Assembly (NCBI GenBank): GCA_035650735.1
Contig: DASRGZ010000017.1
Location: 62,001-101,208, forward strand
Direction: 5' to 3'
Source of the DNA: Chthonomonadaceae bacterium
GTDB taxonomy: Bacteria; Armatimonadota; Chthonomonadetes; Chthonomonadales; Chthonomonadaceae
DNA length: 39,208 nucleotides
In this document: piece after piece, positions 35,698 to 39,208 of the stretch
Position numbering within the stretch: the stretch's first letter is position 1
Layout: each line of letters starts with the position of its first letter
The notes under the pieces: generated by a model
Seen by the model: only the letters and a program-made list of their open reading frames with translations
Told to the model about the DNA's origin: nothing
Databases searched by the model: none
Made by a program: the position numbers and the translations under genes

Positions 35698-36626
35698 CAC
35701 AGACTCATTTGCCCCATTTGAACTTACTGGCGCCGGCAGCCGGCGGATCGGCCTCTGCGGCAATAGCGGAGCCCACGTCGGCGACCGCACTGCCGCACCC
35801 AGGAACGACTCCGGAAGCGGCTTCCCATGCGCAGCCCACGCGCCTGCTGATGTGCGCGCCGACCGCCTACGCGCTCAAGTACGAGATCAACCCCTGGATG
35901 TCGCTGCAAAACACGCCGGATGTGGACCTGGCGGCGGCGCAGTGGCAGGCGCTCTACCGCGTGCTGACGGAGGAGGTCAGCGCGGTGGTGGAACTGGTGC
36001 CGCAGGCTCCTGAGTGCCCGGATATGGTCTTTACGGCCAACGCCGGGCTGGTGCGGGGCCGCTACGTCATGCTCTCCAACTTTCGCCACCCGCAGCGGCA
36101 GGTGGAGGAGCCGCATTTCCGCGCCTGGTTCGAGTCGCACGGCTACAAGGTGCAGTCGCCCTCGGTGGGCTGTAAGTTCGAGGGGGAAGGGGATGCGCTG
36201 TTTGCGGGCGATATGCTGCTGGCAGGCTACCTCAAGCGCAGCGACATCTGCGCCCATCGCTGGCTCTCCGAGATGCTTGCCGTGCCCGTCCTGTCACTGG
36301 AGCTGATTGACGACCGCTGGTATCACCTGGATACCTGCCTGTTCCCGCTGACGCCCGATACCGTCGTCTACTATCCCGGGGCGTTCGATCCCTATGCGCG
36401 CGTGGTCATCGCCAACAATTTCCACACCATCGAGGTCTGCCAGGAAGAGGCGCTGCGCTTTGCCTGCAATGCCGTCGTCATCGGTGCGCACGTCGTCCTG
36501 CCGGCGGGCTGTCCGCAACTGACTCAGGAGTTAGAGTCGCGCGGCTATATCGTCCACAGCGTCAACCTCTCCGAGTTCCTCAAGGCGGGCGGTGCTGCCA
36601 AGTGCCTGACGCTGTTCCTGCGCTAG
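35694..36626 (+). CDS. Amidinotransferase-superfamily protein, ArgZ-like arginine dihydrolase domain
   Basis: LMCAP..Y.LKYEINPWM, PDMVFTANAG, FEGEGD, YHLDTC, FACNAV, EFLKAGGAAKCLTL (catalytic Cys); ATGA overlap with the upstream gene. Confidence 0.85.
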   Translation: MTQTHLPHLNLLAPAAGGSASAAIAEPTSATALPHPGTTPEAASHAQPTRLLMCAPTAYALKYEINPWMSLQNTPDVDLAAAQWQALYRVLTEEVSAVVELVPQAPECPDMVFTANAGLVRGRYVMLSNFRHPQRQVEEPHFRAWFESHGYKVQSPSVGCKFEGEGDALFAGDMLLAGYLKRSDICAHRWLSEMLAVPVLSLELIDDRWYHLDTCLFPLTPDTVVYYPGAFDPYARVVIANNFHTIEVCQEEALRFACNAVVIGAHVVLPAGCPQLTQELESRGYIVHSVNLSEFLKAGGAAKCLTLFLR

Positions 36627-36658
36627 ACCTGACCTCCCCAGGGTCGTTTTCTTTACCG

Positions 36659-36852
36659 GCGGCTGAAGCCGCAGCAACAAGAGCACAAAGTCGGCCTTCG
36701 CCGACTCACCTAACCCCCCAGCCCCTTCCCTGGGAGGGAAGGGAGGGACCCAGCTTTTCTGCTCCCCTCTCCTTTAGAAGGAGAGGGGTTGGGGGTGAGG
36801 GCAGAACCCGCGCAGGCGGGTTTTGTGCCTTTGTTGCCGCGAATTTATTCGC
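36659..36852. repeat. Composite (BIME-like) palindromic mosaic between convergent genes
   Basis: Inverted pair of two-hairpin units (36659-36706, 36805-36852) enclosing two CCCT(T/C)(C/T)CC...GG(G/A)(A/G)AGGG REP-like hairpins. Confidence 0.8.
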
Positions 36853-36871
36853 CCGCAACCCAAAGGGGCGT

Positions 36872-38323
36872 CTATTTTGCCTGCAAGCCATTCTGGAGCG
36901 CCGTCAGCAGGGTCGGGCCGAACTGGTCGCCATAGAAGGACATGCCGGCCTCGTATTTGCCGGCACGGTACTGTTCCGGCGTCAGGGCGTAGGCCAGCCA
37001 GTCATTAGCGAGTGCCACGACCGCAGGCCGCTGAAAACCGGCCTTGCGCGCCGCCGCCTTCGCCGCCAGGCCGAGCGCGCCGCTCGGCTCACAGGGAAAG
37101 CCCATCAGCAGCAGGTCGCCAACGCGAACAAAGCCGATCTGGGTCGTGGTGGGCATCAAGCCAGCGACAAGCGCCTTCGCTTGCTCCAGAGAGCAGCCAA
37201 GTTCGGCAGCAGCGATCAAAAACAGCGCATTGGGCTTACGCGGCGGCAGCGTGACCGCCTGCATCCAGGCGGCAAGCGGCACCTCCGACGGGAGGTTCAG
37301 CCCTTTGAGCAGGCTCCAGGCGGCGTCGGCCAGCGCCTCGCCGTAGGCCGCGACTTTCTCCCCGGCAGGCTTGTCGTCCACGCCATTCGGAGAGGCATCG
37401 CCCTCCGCCCCGTTCAGAAACAGGCAAACCGCCCCTGCGCCCATCTTCTGCTCCAGACGGCCTGTCATTATGCCCGGCCAGTCGGCAGAGATGTCCATCA
37501 TACGGTCGTCGTAGAGGGTGGGGTGCGCGGCGAAATTAACGATGGCGGCCAATGGGCGTCCCTCCGCCGTCTCCACTTTGAGCGCGATAAGTTCCGGATC
37601 GGTTACCGGGTCGCCGCGTCGGTTGCGGTTGCGGCCCGGCAGTGCAACGGCGCCGCTGCCTATCCGCGCCGGAACCATCCGTCCCTCCGCCGTGACGAGG
37701 GCCTGCGCGATTCGATCCGCTGTAAAATCAAGCAGTCTACGGTCGAAGTGCGTCCAGCCTTTGATGGCGGTAAAGGTGTTGCCGCGATGCATGGCCAGCG
37801 GATCGGGCGCCGAGTGGGTATGCGTAGCCGCAAGCAGCAGGTGCGCGCTATCCAGTCCCCGCAGGCCTGCCGCCTCCACCCGCCGAAGGACCTCCGCCTT
37901 CACATTGGCCGGCAGGAAGCATAGGTCGAGCGAGACAATGCCGACCTTCGTGGCCCCGTCGGACAGCACGAGCGCCCGCGCGTAGACCGGATCATGCACG
38001 CCGGTCGCCGGGGCGCCCCGGCGCGCCGCATACCCGCCCAGCGGCACCGGCATCGCCTTCACGTCCGGCGTGATCTCCACTCTCGCGGCCCCGGCGCGCA
38101 GCTCCGCCCGCGCCACCTGCCCGCACGCCGCCAGCGCAAAGCCCAACCCGACAAAACCCAAAAACCTCAACAGGATTAACAGGATTAGAACAGGATTAAC
38201 AGGATTTCTAAAACCCAACCAATCCCTGCTTCTGTCTCTGCCCTGTGCCTTCATCCTGTAAATCCTGAGAAATTCTGTTAATCCTGTTGAAAGGTTCTTT
38301 AGCGGAGCGGGTGGTTTCCTCAT
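36872..38323 (-). CDS. Neutral/alkaline ceramidase N-terminal-domain hydrolase, secreted
   Basis: LRAGAARVEITP, LGGY, GVHDPVYARALVL, ATHTHSAP, NFAAHPT, SADWPG, FLNGAEGD. ATG 38323 overlaps the upstream stop (ATGA); alternative TTG start at 38170. Confidence 0.85.
   Translation of the reverse strand: MRKPPAPLKNLSTGLTEFLRIYRMKAQGRDRSRDWLGFRNPVNPVLILLILLRFLGFVGLGFALAACGQVARAELRAGAARVEITPDVKAMPVPLGGYAARRGAPATGVHDPVYARALVLSDGATKVGIVSLDLCFLPANVKAEVLRRVEAAGLRGLDSAHLLLAATHTHSAPDPLAMHRGNTFTAIKGWTHFDRRLLDFTADRIAQALVTAEGRMVPARIGSGAVALPGRNRNRRGDPVTDPELIALKVETAEGRPLAAIVNFAAHPTLYDDRMMDISADWPGIMTGRLEQKMGAGAVCLFLNGAEGDASPNGVDDKPAGEKVAAYGEALADAAWSLLKGLNLPSEVPLAAWMQAVTLPPRKPNALFLIAAAELGCSLEQAKALVAGLMPTTTQIGFVRVGDLLLMGFPCEPSGALGLAAKAAARKAGFQRPAVVALANDWLAYALTPEQYRAGKYEAGMSFYGDQFGPTLLTALQNGLQAK
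38167..38290. repeat. Inverted arrays of the 9-mer AACAGGATT forming a long palindrome
   Basis: Four AACAGGATT units (38169-38206) and four complementary AATCCTGTT-like units (38252-38288). Confidence 0.88.
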
Positions 38324-39208
38324 GGTTCCTGGGTGACCTGTAGGCCGGTGAAATCGAATTGGAACGGGATGACGCGCGCCCCGGCCCGCGAGAGCGCGTC
38401 GGAGACCTCCGATTGGCGGCCCGGCGCGGTGAAGAACAGCAGGCAGCCGCCGCCGCCGGCCCCGCACGCTTTGCCCCCAACCGCCCCGGCCTCCATCGCT
38501 TCCACAAACAGCGTATCAATCTGCGCGTTGGTGACGGAAGGATCGAGGGCCTTCTGATGCTTCCAGTTCTGGCTTAGCAGCGCGCCGAACTCGTCCAGAT
38601 CGCCCTCCAGCAGCACCGTGCGCATCCGGATGGCGCAGTTGCGCAGGTAGTAGAGCGCGTTGACCGTCTCCGGCACTCCCCGCCGAAACGCGCCCCAGAC
38701 GTTCTCGTGGATGTTACCGGAGAGGCGCTGCTTGCCCGTATAGCAGAGCACCAGGCGGCTTTCTAGAGCCTGTATCGTCTCCGGCGCGATGTTGAGGCGC
38801 TCCACTGCGACCGTTTCGTCAAAGGTCATATAGTTCATGCCACCCAGGGCGCTGGCGTATTGATCCTGCTTGCCGCCGAGGATGCCCGGCATCTCCTCCA
38901 ACTGGTAGGCCAGTTCGGCGATGCGCGCTCGGTCTTCATCGGAGGCGATCTGAGACTTGACCAGGCTCAGCCAGACGACGTTGAGCGCCGCCGACGTGCC
39001 CAGCCCGGAACCGGAGGGCAGGTCAGAGCGATAGGACACGCTCAACCCTTCGCGGCCCGGACGGGAGGCCGCGTAGGCCAGCGCCGCCTCGGTCGCCTCC
39101 TCCGAGTCGAGGATCTCCAGCGTGCCGCTGACGTAGTGGTTGATGGCCGCATTGACGACCGCGCCGCCGGCACCGCGCGCAAAGATATTCACGTCGGTCC
39201 AGCCTCCG
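38320..39208 (-). CDS. GHMP-family sugar kinase (HddA/fucokinase-like), 5' end outside window
   Basis: GGWTD at the window edge; SDLPSGSGLGTS, GGKQDQY, GGKACGAGGGG. Confidence 0.9.
   Translation of the reverse strand, partial: GGWTDVNIFARGAGGAVVNAAINHYVSGTLEILDSEEATEAALAYAASRPGREGLSVSYRSDLPSGSGLGTSAALNVVWLSLVKSQIASDEDRARIAELAYQLEEMPGILGGKQDQYASALGGMNYMTFDETVAVERLNIAPETIQALESRLVLCYTGKQRLSGNIHENVWGAFRRGVPETVNALYYLRNCAIRMRTVLLEGDLDEFGALLSQNWKHQKALDPSVTNAQIDTLFVEAMEAGAVGGKACGAGGGGCLLFFTAPGRQSEVSDALSRAGARVIPFQFDFTGLQVTQEP

Overview
GC-rich bacterial chromosomal window. Three PEP-CTERM proteins, a prepilin-type/H-X9-DG protein and the gene content suggest Armatimonadota or a similar soil lineage (inference). 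About 30 CDS: general-stress genes (DUF948-like, YtxH, KGG, aquaporin, DUF1232), a Tat-exported GH2, a DUF885 protein, a cyclase-STAND-TPR regulator, a tandem alpha/beta-hydrolase, GHL10, PPIase, RNB nuclease, mgtE, a type II P-type ATPase, a split ArgZ/AgrE-like pair, a ceramidase-like hydrolase and a GHMP kinase. No transposase, cas, rRNA or tRNA gene was recognised. Most notable: (1) an intact 555-aa P1B-ATPase homologue lacking the A and N domains and DKTGT, divergent from an aquaporin plus an HMA2-fused active ATPase; (2) a perfect 38-bp repeat/34-bp spacer/38-bp repeat with CRISPR geometry that duplicates a gene's RBS and ATG; (3) several MITEs, including an 82-bp IS1-like element in two copies with different target duplications; (4) a palindromic repeat inserted in frame into a signal peptide; (5) sigma-54 motifs before all three PEP-CTERM genes and a four-unit pho-box-like array before the pilin-like gene. 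All family calls come from motif recognition by eye, not database searches.
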